A DNA stretch of 63,238 nt, filler included, from Bipalium vagum (lineage: Eukaryota): assembly GCA_037834085.1 (NCBI GenBank). It is 3 parts of 3 records of this genome, joined end to end, with 100 filler letters (N's around TTAATTAATTAA, not from the genome) between each part and the next. Parts side by side here need not be neighbours in the genome. Positions count along the whole stretch, not along the records: positions 46,700 to 63,238 come from JBBMKC010106445.1; 2 more parts are not named here. The stretch is one strand, 5' to 3'. Shown piece by piece: positions 53,057-63,238 of the stretch (the first letter of the stretch is position 1; each line of letters starts with the position of its first letter). The position numbers were made by a program, and so were the translations under genes. The notes below the pieces were generated by a model, which was given only the letters and a program-made list of their open reading frames with translations, did no database searches and was not told where the DNA came from.

Positions 53057-54121
53057 ATGGATTTTTATGATATCAAGAATCATTCCGTATTGATTAATAT
53101 TGTCCGGACGGATTTTATTTTCCGAGCATATATCAGTCCATTTATTGCTATTTTTGGAATAATTGGAAATGTTTTCATCATCATTGTGTTCGGTCGAATT
53201 AAACGAAATCGCTTTGCACTTTATTCCACTGCACTGGCCATTGTGAACATTTTCATTCTGTTCTTGAATACGTTTCTCGATGATTTTTTGGGACGGGGAA
53301 TTTTATACGCTACCAATTGGAAGACAATGGTAAAAATCGATTTGATATCAAATTTCAGTTGTAGAATCATGAATTTTATTCCCAATGTTATGTATTGTAC
53401 CAATGTGTATATTATTGTTGCGTTGTCTGTGGACCGGTGTTTGGTATTGATGAAACCTTTCAAATATACTGTGGAGAGAGGTGTGAAAGAGGCATTGTGG
53501 ATTTGTTCAGTAATTTTTGCAGTGGCATGTATTATTAATTTACCGTTACTGTTCACTTATCATTTGGAAAGCAACCGTTATCAAAATACAACCGTTGAAC
53601 GAGTATTAAGTCCAGAATACGAATGTAGTTTGGACAATTCATCATTGGCTTATTTTGAGCTCTATTGTAAATCTTTATTTACGCTAGCAATACCGACCGG
53701 TATTATCATTTGCCTTAATGCATTTATTATTATCAGACTCACTCTAAGACATTCCAATCGTTCGTTTATTCTCCAAGGTTCTGATAGTCAGTCAGAACAG
53801 TCTCGATTCATAGGACATCTTGCAATTAGTTGCTTTTTTACGATTTTGTTTCTACCACTCTCAATAGTGATCATCATGAGGCTGACAAGTGATATCAATA
53901 CAGGACATTTTGATTATCTTGTCCTGAAAGCCCTTTCCAAACTGTTGTCGTCTGTGAAAGATATCAGTTTTGCAGGCAATATTTTCCTTTACATTTTGTT
54001 TATGGCCAATTTTCGAAAGAAAATCAAAGAACTTTGCTTTTGTAATAAAAAAAATAACAATTCATATCATTTTACCAAAATCTATTTGAGTCCGACACAT
54101 ATGACTTGTAAAAAGAATTAG
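53057..54121 (+). CDS. Intronless class A (rhodopsin-like) orphan GPCR, 354 aa, flatworm-expanded peptide-receptor type
   Basis: Seven hydrophobic segments. TM1 GIIGN, TM3 Cys and VDRC, TM4 Trp/Pro (NLPL), ECL2 Cys, TM5 Pro, TM6 LFLP, TM7 NIFLY, helix 8 FRKKIKEL. First ATG is 53057 (the ORF track starts at TTG). Confidence 0.93.
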   Translation: MDFYDIKNHSVLINIVRTDFIFRAYISPFIAIFGIIGNVFIIIVFGRIKRNRFALYSTALAIVNIFILFLNTFLDDFLGRGILYATNWKTMVKIDLISNFSCRIMNFIPNVMYCTNVYIIVALSVDRCLVLMKPFKYTVERGVKEALWICSVIFAVACIINLPLLFTYHLESNRYQNTTVERVLSPEYECSLDNSSLAYFELYCKSLFTLAIPTGIIICLNAFIIIRLTLRHSNRSFILQGSDSQSEQSRFIGHLAISCFFTILFLPLSIVIIMRLTSDINTGHFDYLVLKALSKLLSSVKDISFAGNIFLYILFMANFRKKIKELCFCNKKNNNSYHFTKIYLSPTHMTCKKN

Positions 54122-54988
54122 ATCAGATTATTGATCTTTGATTCAGTGTGGAAATTCAACTGATTTTTTCATGTATATATTAAAAGAGTAATATTATTAC
54201 TTTATGGAACACTGCAAAAAAAACACTATTATTGGAAACGAATATGAATATTCTCTTTCAAAAAATCTTCAACAGAACTCAATATTTATCAAATTTAATT
54301 ATTTATTGTGCTTTATTTTCATAAAAATATTAAAGTTTTTAACCTTTGATTTTTTGTTGAAATCAATGTAAATATTCTCTAAAGATTGGTAGAACAGATT
54401 TAATAATTAATCATCATTATCAACCTGATGCTTCATTACCAAGAAAGTTTGGCATTCGACATTTATTAATGTTTTCCCGTGGTTGTTAAAATACGATGAC
54501 GGGCGTCCAGCTGCAATGGAGAAAGTAAATTTTACATGTTACCATAAAAATAGATTTCCTTTTCCATAAACTTCATTAATGTCACGAGTTAACTGCACAG
54601 CTATCCACAATCTCTGAAAGTGATGGAACAGGATATATGTTTAAGATTATATAAATATATTATGATTATGATTAATTTTAATATAAAGTTTATATTACAA
54701 TTACAATTTTTAAAGTAATACCATTGATAGGTAAAGTTGCATAAAAAACTCCATAAATATAAACCAATCTAATATTATCTCCTTAAACAATTCTCGGCGA
54801 AAAATCCTATTATATTTCTTTAATTTTTTAGTTTTTTCCTAATATAAACTTTAAATAATTATCACTTTCTCAATCCTTTATTATCATGTTGGAATAGCTT
54901 ATGAAAGAGCTTGAGAATATGTTAAATTCATTAGAAAATGTTCTATCTCCGGAAAAAATACAGGATTACACTATTATATTTCAATGTA

Positions 54989-55153
54989 CAGTCAAACATG
55001 TTCAAGTTGAACGCTTTTTGAAAGGAACACATTTTTTAATGTTTTAAAACCACGTGACTCTGTTCTTATCGTCGTAATCTTCTTTGTTATGTAATTTTTC
55101 TTGCGTCTGTTGATTATTGGTCCCATAATGTTCAACTTAAACAGATTTTACTG
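54989..55153. mobile_element. Tigger-type MITE, 165 bp
   Basis: TA|CAGTCAAACATGTTCAAGTTGAAC...GTTCAACTTAAACAGATTTTACTG|TA. Confidence 0.8.
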
Positions 55154-56101
55154 TAGTAGTTTTATAAGTTGACTTTATTTATGTTCTAATATTTTATTAT
55201 AATTGATTTTCAAATACTTATGACCCCTATACGAGTAAAATAGTTTTGTTGACGTTTGTATCATGGATCAATGTGAAACCTTAGTAAAATAATAGAAATA
55301 TTTTTCAAGTTAATAGTTTGACGGATTAGTGCTGATGTAAATCAAACGTTTTCCTGTGATTCAAAAGCTTGTTTGAATATATAAATTCAGAAAACAATGA
55401 TGAATATCAAATACATTCAATTGAAATTTTGATACATGAAGAGATAAAAAAAGTACAAAGCAGACAGAAGATTTGTGCAAGATCTGTCTTAAGTTTGTTT
55501 CGCGCATCAAATGTACAAAATACAGAGAATCAAATATTTAATAATAATAATAATAAGTTATTAAAATATATAATTCAATGAATTCACTAGAAAGGATACA
55601 AACATCCTAAGCCACTTGTTATTACTATACACTATTATTATAAACAATAAACATTAGTTTTACAAAATATGATCTAAAAACCAGTCTCGATGATTCTTGT
55701 GAAGTTTGCAAAATATTTACACACCAAACTTTCATAAAACTTAAAATAATGTTGATTTTATTCCTCAAAACCAAACAAATTCTGTTTCACCCGATCGAAT
55801 ATTACCAAACATGTAATTATCTGGTGTCAAGAATCAGCCATATTCGTCCTACAAACACTCTTACCACTTCTTATATCAAAAATAAATGGAAATTAGTTTA
55901 AGATTTTAACTTCTTTAATATTTGTATAATATCGGGTCTAGTACTATTTATTCTGCCTACAAATATAATTACTCTGAACCAGTTATAGGCAGTATAAGTA
56001 ATCCAACAAGTTGTATTTTGACATCTTGTTACGTATCCAATTTCTGACCATTTTAAAATTTATCAATACATGTGACAGAAAATTGAAAATATAATAAATA
56101 A

Positions 56102-56138
<37 letters not shown>

Positions 56139-56363
56139 GATGTTTAATATATAATTTTTTCTGTAAAATTTGTTTAAATTAAAAATAAAAACAAAACTAC
56201 ATTTAAATATTAAAAATAATTGTTTTCTCAGTAAAACGCCCTCGAGACAAATAATAATATTGAAATTATTATCAATATTTTATGTTGCGAGGCTTAATTA
56301 ATTTGAGTTCTTGTTTTTAATAAGTGAATTATATAAGATACCTTAATTATTTATATTTTATTA

Positions 56364-57617
56364 TTAGGTTGTCCCATAAGTAATTTTACTTTTTTTAATC
56401 TCTCTATATACTGTTATTAGCGATTGTTTTTGCAATTCTTTTGATTTAGTTATTGATCTTAATATTATCATAATCAATGTTAACTATTTTTTGTTTTAGA
56501 TATTTTAACTAATGGCGGAAATACTAGCAGGATATTGACATGCGTTGTGAGCATGTATACTATATTAATTTTTACAGGGACGTAAAGCTAGTGATGCTCA
56601 TTGAAATTTATGCAAAGTAGTGGGTTCTGATGCCGTGCACTATAATACAATCAAGGCTCATTTCAAAAGGTTCAAGAAGAATGATTTTGATCTTTCAGAA
56701 AAACCAAAGCCTGGACGCCACTCTATCGATTTTAATGATACCATCAAATCTGCACTTATCGAGGAACCCATGACAAGTGTCAGGGAACTTGTTTCAACAC
56801 TCGATCTACCAAAAACTACTATCCATCGTCATCTGAGGAACTCAGGAAGAAGGCCAAAATTTTGTCAAGTTATACCTCATGAACTGACCGATCAGCAAAA
56901 ATTGAACCTCTGTGCCATATCAATCTCATTGCTCTCTCGCAGACGAACGTTTTCTTGGATGGACCAAATTATTACTGGAGATGAAAAATGGGTTATGTAT
57001 GAAAACCCCACCAAGAAACGACAATGGGTTGAACCCGGCGAAAACCCAAAAAAGATTCTGAAACATGAAATTCACGGTAAAAAGGTGTTACTGTCAGTTT
57101 GGTGGGATTCAAAGGGAATAATTTATCTTGAGCTGCTTCTTGATAATACCACAGTTACTGCTAATATACACTGTGAACAATTGCAGAAAATGATAGCAGC
57201 TTATCGAAGTCTGCGTCCAAATCCTGATCATATAATGTTGTTGCAAGATAACGTCCGCCCTCACAGAGCAAAACTGACTCGGGAAAAACTGAGAGAATTG
57301 GATGCCGAAATCTTGCCTATAGTCCCGACCTTGCTCCAACAGATTTCCATTTATTCAGGTCGCTGTAACATCATTTGGATGGTAGGCGTTACCAAAATCG
57401 GAACAATCTTCTCACTGACCTCAATGCCTTCTTCAGCAGCCAGACTCCAGAATTCTACAAACGTGGATTCGTCCAATTACCAGAACGTTATTACCAGAAC
57501 GCAAGAAGTTATCGAACATAATAGAGATTATATTGATTTATAAAGTTTAATGTTTTTAATAAATTTTGTAAATAAAGTTTTATTTTAAAAAGTACAATTA
57601 CTTATGGGACAACCTAT
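56364..57617 (+). mobile_element. Full-length (1254 bp) mariner DD34D element with inactivated transposase
   Basis: TIRs TA|TTAGGTTGTCCCATAAGTAA and TTACTTATGGGACAACCTAT|TA. Motifs VIPHELT, ITGDEKWV and LLQDNVRPH; YSPDLAPTDFHLF lies in a shifted frame; N-terminal stops upstream of 56620. Confidence 0.95.
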
Positions 57618-58046
57618 TATTATTATTATTTTAGTTTTAAATTTATTAATTCTAATTAAATTTCTTCTACTTACCTTCAAAATCCAACGTTTTAATATAA
57701 TTATACAGAAATTAGGTGTAAATAATCTTGAAAGATTTTTTAACTAAACTTCTTACCAATCTTCTACCTATAGCATGTGCCGATCAAAAATGCAATATTA
57801 TAGAAATTCAATATTTCCTAAACGCATATTTATTTAATTCTTTTTACATGTTATGGGCAAAAGGTTTAAATATACAAACAGCAATAAATAATTTGTCTCA
57901 TCAATTCGGCATAATTTACACAGGTTGGCCTTCATGTGCCTCAAAACATTTGTACAGTGTTTTTAACAAATGTTGGGTTTGCCAAAGGTACGAAACCCGA
58001 TTATAATAATAATAATAATAATAATGGTTGTTAGGTTCAAATAAAT

Positions 58047-58118
58047 TGGAGACACCGGGATTCGAACCCGGGACCTTTCACATGCGCATGGACTGCTCTA
58101 CCGCTGAGCTACGTCCCC
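58047..58118 (-). tRNA. tRNA-Ala(CGC)-like gene or pseudogene with disrupted anticodon arm
   Basis: GGGGACGTAGCTCAGCGGTAGAGCAGTCCATGCGCATGTGAAAGGTCCCGGGTTCGAATCCCGGTGTCTCCA. Acceptor stem with G3:U70, D arm, T arm and A/B boxes are intact; the anticodon stem GTCCA/GTGAA does not pair. Confidence 0.75.
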
Positions 58119-58157
58119 CATTCATTTGTCATCTAAACTCCTTACAATGGTGATAAA

Positions 58158-58360
58158 GAAATAAGTCTCAGCGTCGAGGTCATTTTTTTAGGTCATTATT
58201 TTTTTGTAGGGAAATAAACTCCGTTGTCGGAGTAATTAATCATTTTAGTCTAACTTTGTCTCGGCGTAGAGACAAAGTTTGAAATAAAGGGCTATTGATT
58301 GAAATAGCCGTCTCGAAGCGTATGGATTTGGTGATCATAGCCCAATCACTATGACTATAC
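58158..58360. repeat. Cluster of short perfect hairpins
   Basis: Stems at 58218-58233 (6 bp), 58252-58279 (11 bp), 58290-58309 (7 bp) and 58335-58354 (6 bp). Confidence 0.8.
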
Positions 58361-59394
58361 CAACCAACCCAGTAGTTATATTACTTCATGAAAATTGATA
58401 GGTTTCTTATCTTTAATCCTTCAATACAAATACTCATGACAGCGTTTATTAATTGTACCAGAATTTTTCAGAAAAATTCTAAAATATCAATAAAATTCGT
58501 TTTCGTATAACAATCAATTCACAAAATGTAAACTAGCAATTAAAGTTTATTAATTTTGCTTTTTTAAAATTTTGGTGCTCTTTATTCTTTAAATCAATAT
58601 CACCGCTTCTAAACATCTTTACCATTCGCAACATGAGCTCTTGGGTCATTATTTTTGCACATTAATCGGGTTGCTTCGGTAGATGTTTTATATTAATTGA
58701 AAAGGAACATGTACTGTCGAATATGCATTTTATTCACTTCCATTACTATTACTTGAAATAAATCGGCTAATTTAAATAGATTATGAGGTCATGCATATCA
58801 ATATAATCAATAATTACTTAAACAAAAATGTTTCAAAACAAAGCGTATATATTATAATAATATTTAAAATATCATAAATATGTTTGCTGTGAAAACTTAT
58901 GCATACCCCTGATATTTTTATCGAAATTTTAGTCTCTTAGTTTTAAACCATTTACTGATTTAGATCTTTTTATACAAATATTAGTAATAATCCAACCAAC
59001 TCGTTTGTTTAATCAGAAATTGTAAATAAAAACTAATTGTTTCCAAATATTGCAAACACCAAATTAATTAATTACTGTTTTAGTCAATGTTTTCTTCTTT
59101 TAATAAATATTTATCGAGACCATTTATTTTTGGATTTTCGTAAACATAATTGTTATTTATGGTTATGATCCATTATTCATATTATTAATTATAATTATTT
59201 ATTAAAAATATTTTTTTATTTTATTAATTGTTATAATTATTGGTCCTTTATTCAGATTTACCGGTAACGGTATAGTATCTCCCCCGTTTTCTGATTGGAG
59301 GCGATGCTATACCTCTGATTGGTTGCTTTATATTTTTTTCTCTAAAAATAAAACGTTAAATAACTATATTTTTTTTAATTTGGAAAAAACCAAA

Positions 59395-59432
59395 TAACCC
59401 TAACCCTAACCCTAACCCTAACCCTAACCCTA
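59395..59432 (-). repeat. Interstitial telomeric repeat (TTAGGG)6
   Basis: Six perfect TAACCC units on +. Confidence 0.97.
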
Positions 59433-59529
59433 GTAAAATGTTGAAAAAAAATCATACCATAGCCGATTTACCTCTTAAGCTTAATAATTCCAAAAAATGT
59501 GTTTTTACAAAACTATTTGTTTCCAAATA

Positions 59530-60400
59530 TTTGTAGGACACGGGAATCTCAAGGAAATTAGAAATTTTCAACAAAGGAAGGACAGTTTGGCTTAAACTAA
59601 ATGCCATTCAGTGTTGCATCAACCCCGGTACTTTCCAAGGTCTTATGACAGAAGTATTAGAATGCGTTGAACATACAATGATTTATGTTGTTGATATTTT
59701 AATTTTTACTAGAAATATTAAGAAACATTGTGTTATGTTAAGAGTTACTCAACGAAATAATGAAAGATGGATAAAACTAAATCTGGAGAAACTTAAGCTT
59801 TTTACATCGGAAATAAAAGTTTAATTGATTAATGAGAAAAAAGAAAAGGGCTTTAAAAGATCCGGCGAAAAATCGAGATAATTCAGAAATTTAGAGTACA
59901 AAAATGTTTCAAAAACATTGAAAAGTGTCTTATAAATTTGCAATTATTACTATTCCTTTGCTAATGGATATGCAAAAATTCGAGACAGTTGAACAATAAT
60001 TTCGAACAATAAGAGAGATGGTAATAGCGTTCCAAAAGTCAAGAAAAGTGAAATATGAGCCCCCATACTTCCAGAGATCGAATTTACTATAAATGTTAAA
60101 TACAGAAGACGACTTACAAAAGTCCAGCTGAAATGATATTCGGGAAGAAAATATTCCGTGAAGAGTGGTTTGGCAGAAGTAAAATATATTCAAATAACCA
60201 ATCCACAATTTTCAATGTTGAAGAAAAAGTCATGATAAAAACTAAGATGTATGAAAATTGGTGATCCATTTGTGAACCATTCAGGGTCGTAATAAAAATT
60301 CATACCAGAAGATACAGAATCCGAGATGAATTAGGTCGGACTTTGGAGCTTAATGTAAAGAAGAGGAAAAAACTCATAACTAGTGGATGTTGATTAATAA
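59530..60400 (+). mobile_element. Heavily decayed Gypsy RT/RNase H remnant
   Basis: Reads KEGQFGLN*MPFSVAS, PGTFQGLMTEVL...IYVVDILIF and GIKLNLEK across frameshifts. Right end approximate. Confidence 0.7.
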
Positions 60401-62559
60401 TAGAAATAATAGAAAATATTTGTTTTAATCATTATGCTTTGACACAAATATAGATTTTTAAAAAATTAGTTTTGTGTTTATTTTTTTACTAATTATTAGA
60501 AGAATCAGATATAATTGTATGTAGCGTAAATTTGATGTAAAGATAAATTATTAATAGGGACAAAAGTCGGTTATTTATTATAGGGCATGATTAAATCTCA
60601 TATCTCTTCATCTACTGAGGCAACTCTTAAACAATTGAAATTAGAACTCTTATTGCACCTGGTGTATATGAATTTATATGCAATATTTCAGCATAAATAA
60701 AACACACATTTTAATTGATTAATGTTTTCCTCACATTCAGAATCTTTTTTTTGGAACATTCATTCTTTTTAAGAAAAATCGAAAAAAATAAAAATGCAAT
60801 TTTTTTCAATAAAATTAATTCTAATTTACTTTTTAAAAGTTTAGAAGTTATTAAACAGCTAAAACTTCTGAAAAAATGGAAAATCTGTGAAAAAAATTTT
60901 CTCAGATATAAATTATTGAGCAAAAGACCATAATTTTGTAACCATTATAATTTATTTTTTCGTACACTTCTGAGAACTCAAATCAACAAGAATTTTAATA
61001 CTGATTTTAATTGTACTTAATCCGGATTAGTATCAAAATCATGAGAGTTGAATGAAAATCATAAGATAAGTAAAATAGTAATAAAAATATTATTGATATA
61101 CATATTTGCACCTATACTTTACAACTTTGGGTGATGGCTAAGTAAATCATTTTTTATAAAAGTAATTTATCTTATTTAGAGAATCTCTTTTAAATGTCTG
61201 TGATGAGAGATCCAGCTCTGTTCATATTAGTTCTCTTCAGTTCTCCCGATATACACCGTTTTCACCTCTATTTTGACGTTAAGGTTATTTTTGACATTGT
61301 AAAGGTCTATTTTGTCAAAATGTTTATTACAATAGTTATATGTTCAAAAAATCAATAAATTCAATTAGAAATACATTTATTCATTAATAATTTTCTTGCT
61401 CGAACATCTTGGAATGTATGAAGCCATATTGCGATAAAAATCGGAGCAATCTTCACTTGTAAATGGCCTTGACCTATTATCTATAAGTTCCATTAAAGAT
61501 TCTTCATTTCTGGTCCCTTTCTTCGTACAAATTCCATCCGTTTTGAAAATAAAATTTCAATGGAATTTTAAAAAGATGATGTTGGAAGTAAAATTATAAA
61601 CTGAAACCGTTTTCCTCTATTAATTTCCTTATTCTTGTAGTTTTATGGAAACCGATTATGGAAACCATTATTAAAACCGATTTTGTATACATATTTTTTT
61701 AAGCAAAGCTATTAGATTTTCTATGTATTCAAAAAATGTCACCATTATAAGGACTAGTTAGAGCAACATAATACAAAATAAAAATTCCAGATATGTTTCT
61801 TGTAAAGATTGGACAATCTGAATAGGTTTTTTTCTTTAAAAGATCGATCTCTCTTATGTCTCATGCTTACATTAAAGTCAACTTCGTTAATAAAAAATAT
61901 GTTACTTTCAGAAACTTGAGAAGGAAGCTTAATAAATTCTTGCCTATTGCAAAATCTTCATTGTATATTAGATGCATCATTTCTTTTTTCTGGAATATTA
62001 TGCACTCTTTTCAAGGTATAATTAAAATCTAATACATTGTTGATTATAACATTATATTATAAAATTAAACTTTTCGTTGTCAAAATAGAGGTGAAAACTG
62101 TGTAACACTGTTGGAATCAAGAGGTATAGGATGTTTCAAAAAGGATTGGCATTTTAAATTGACTACTATTTTGCAGATAAACTCGAAAATCTTTTTATTG
62201 TTTTACTGCTATCTGTAAACATCAAGATTTAAATATAGAAAATAACTCAATCAATCTACAGCTATAATTGATAAAAATTCACTGTAAACAAAAGTCATTT
62301 TTTAAGTAACTGGGAAAATACTTTTACATTTTGATATCTATTACGTATTCAAACGTTTTCGTGAATTCAAAATTGACAAAAATTATAATGCAATTTTATG
62401 AAAAAATAACAAAACATAATTTATTATTTTTAAAAATAATTGTTAATATGTTCAGTATTATTGAGAAGAAAATCCTTAATACAAAAATATATTTAAAAAA
62501 CAATAATTTCGTTCCTGTTCTGATTATTTAAACAATAATCATTAATAAATTTAATTATT

Positions 62560-63238
62560 TCCATGACATTCCCTCTCGAAGAAATCACTTCATCTTCTCT
62601 ACGTTTCTTTCTATTTTCTTTCCATTTTCGTTTTGTAGAAGGAGCCTTCTGTCATGAATTTTTTATCACCTTATACGGACCCTCGAACTGCTCTTGATTC
62701 TTATCCCGTATCTCTGCCTTAACCAACATTTCTTCACCTTCTTTGAAACTTCGTTTTGTCGCTGCTGATGGTAACTGTCCTCTCTCCACTTGGGGATTTG
62801 TTACTCCATAATAATTCTCTCTGAATATTTTTTTCCCAAAGACCATTTCCGCCGGATTCTTGTTAATCGTCTTTTGTAAAGTGGCATTTAGTGCAAACTC
62901 TACTTCTGGCAAGATTTCTGTCAAATCAGTCTTATGTCTCTCATGCAAGGTAGGATTAATAAAATCTCTCATTGTGTGGAATTGCCTTTCTATTTGGCCA
63001 TTAGTGCAGTGATGATAAGGACTTGAATAACATAGTTCAATGTTTAGTTTTTCAGTCATTTCTCTCATAAACTTTGAATCAAAAACTCTTCCGCAATCCA
63101 CATGTATTCGATCTGGACATCCAAATTGCAGTATCCATTTATTTAGTATCGTCTTCCATAGTGTTACTAATATGCGGAAACTGTAGCAACGTGTGCTCGT
63201 CGGCCTTTGACTCCTCACTTTGTGTACTCGTTGTGTTC
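62560..63238 (-). mobile_element. Gypsy integrase fragment
   Basis: ORF 62652-63218 contains WILQFGCPDRIHVDCGRVFDS, SSPYHHCTNGQIERQFHT and the GPY/F motif FEGPYKVI. Confidence 0.9.

Noticed and set aside
56620-57543. Active or domesticated mariner transposase
   Set aside because: The ORF starts at GTG after several N-terminal stops, and a frameshift removes the third catalytic Asp motif from the frame.
59395-59432. True chromosome end
   Set aside because: Only six repeats, with ordinary sequence on both sides.
61385-61556. ~57-codon open stretch on the minus strand
   Set aside because: A stop lies immediately upstream, with no acceptor and no recognisable motif.

Overview
AT-rich animal genomic DNA. 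It is most consistent with a triclad planarian or other flatworm, inferred from ~50-nt mini-introns, TTAGGG repeats, a flatworm-type orphan GPCR and very dense mariner relics. The window is three unrelated contigs (1-30631, 30732-46599, 46700-63238) joined by artificial 100-nt spacers (N44-TTAATTAATTAA-N44), with one further ordinary N gap at 37388-37591. Host genes: (i) a 9-exon, 3'-truncated coiled-coil gene on + (CCDC154/FAM81-like, tentative) with an intact intronless SLC43-family transporter nested antisense in intron 6; (ii) the 3' part of a C2-PDZ-PH gene on - that resembles the RGS3/C2PA N-terminus but stops right after the PH domain; (iii) an intronless orphan class A GPCR preceded by a GATA/Forkhead/ETS motif cluster. 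Most of the rest is decayed transposons: many mariners, Tc1, pogo/Tigger, Chapaev, Penelope and Ty3/Gypsy. The most unusual signals are a four-copy inverted motif whose second pair brackets the GPCR, a tRNA-Ala-like gene with a rewritten anticodon arm beside a hairpin array, a telomere-repeat-bearing DINE/HINE-like mini-element, and a phase-consistent antisense micro-gene threaded through the PDZ gene. No new biological system is demonstrated; these are leads. All family calls come from motif recognition, not database searches.
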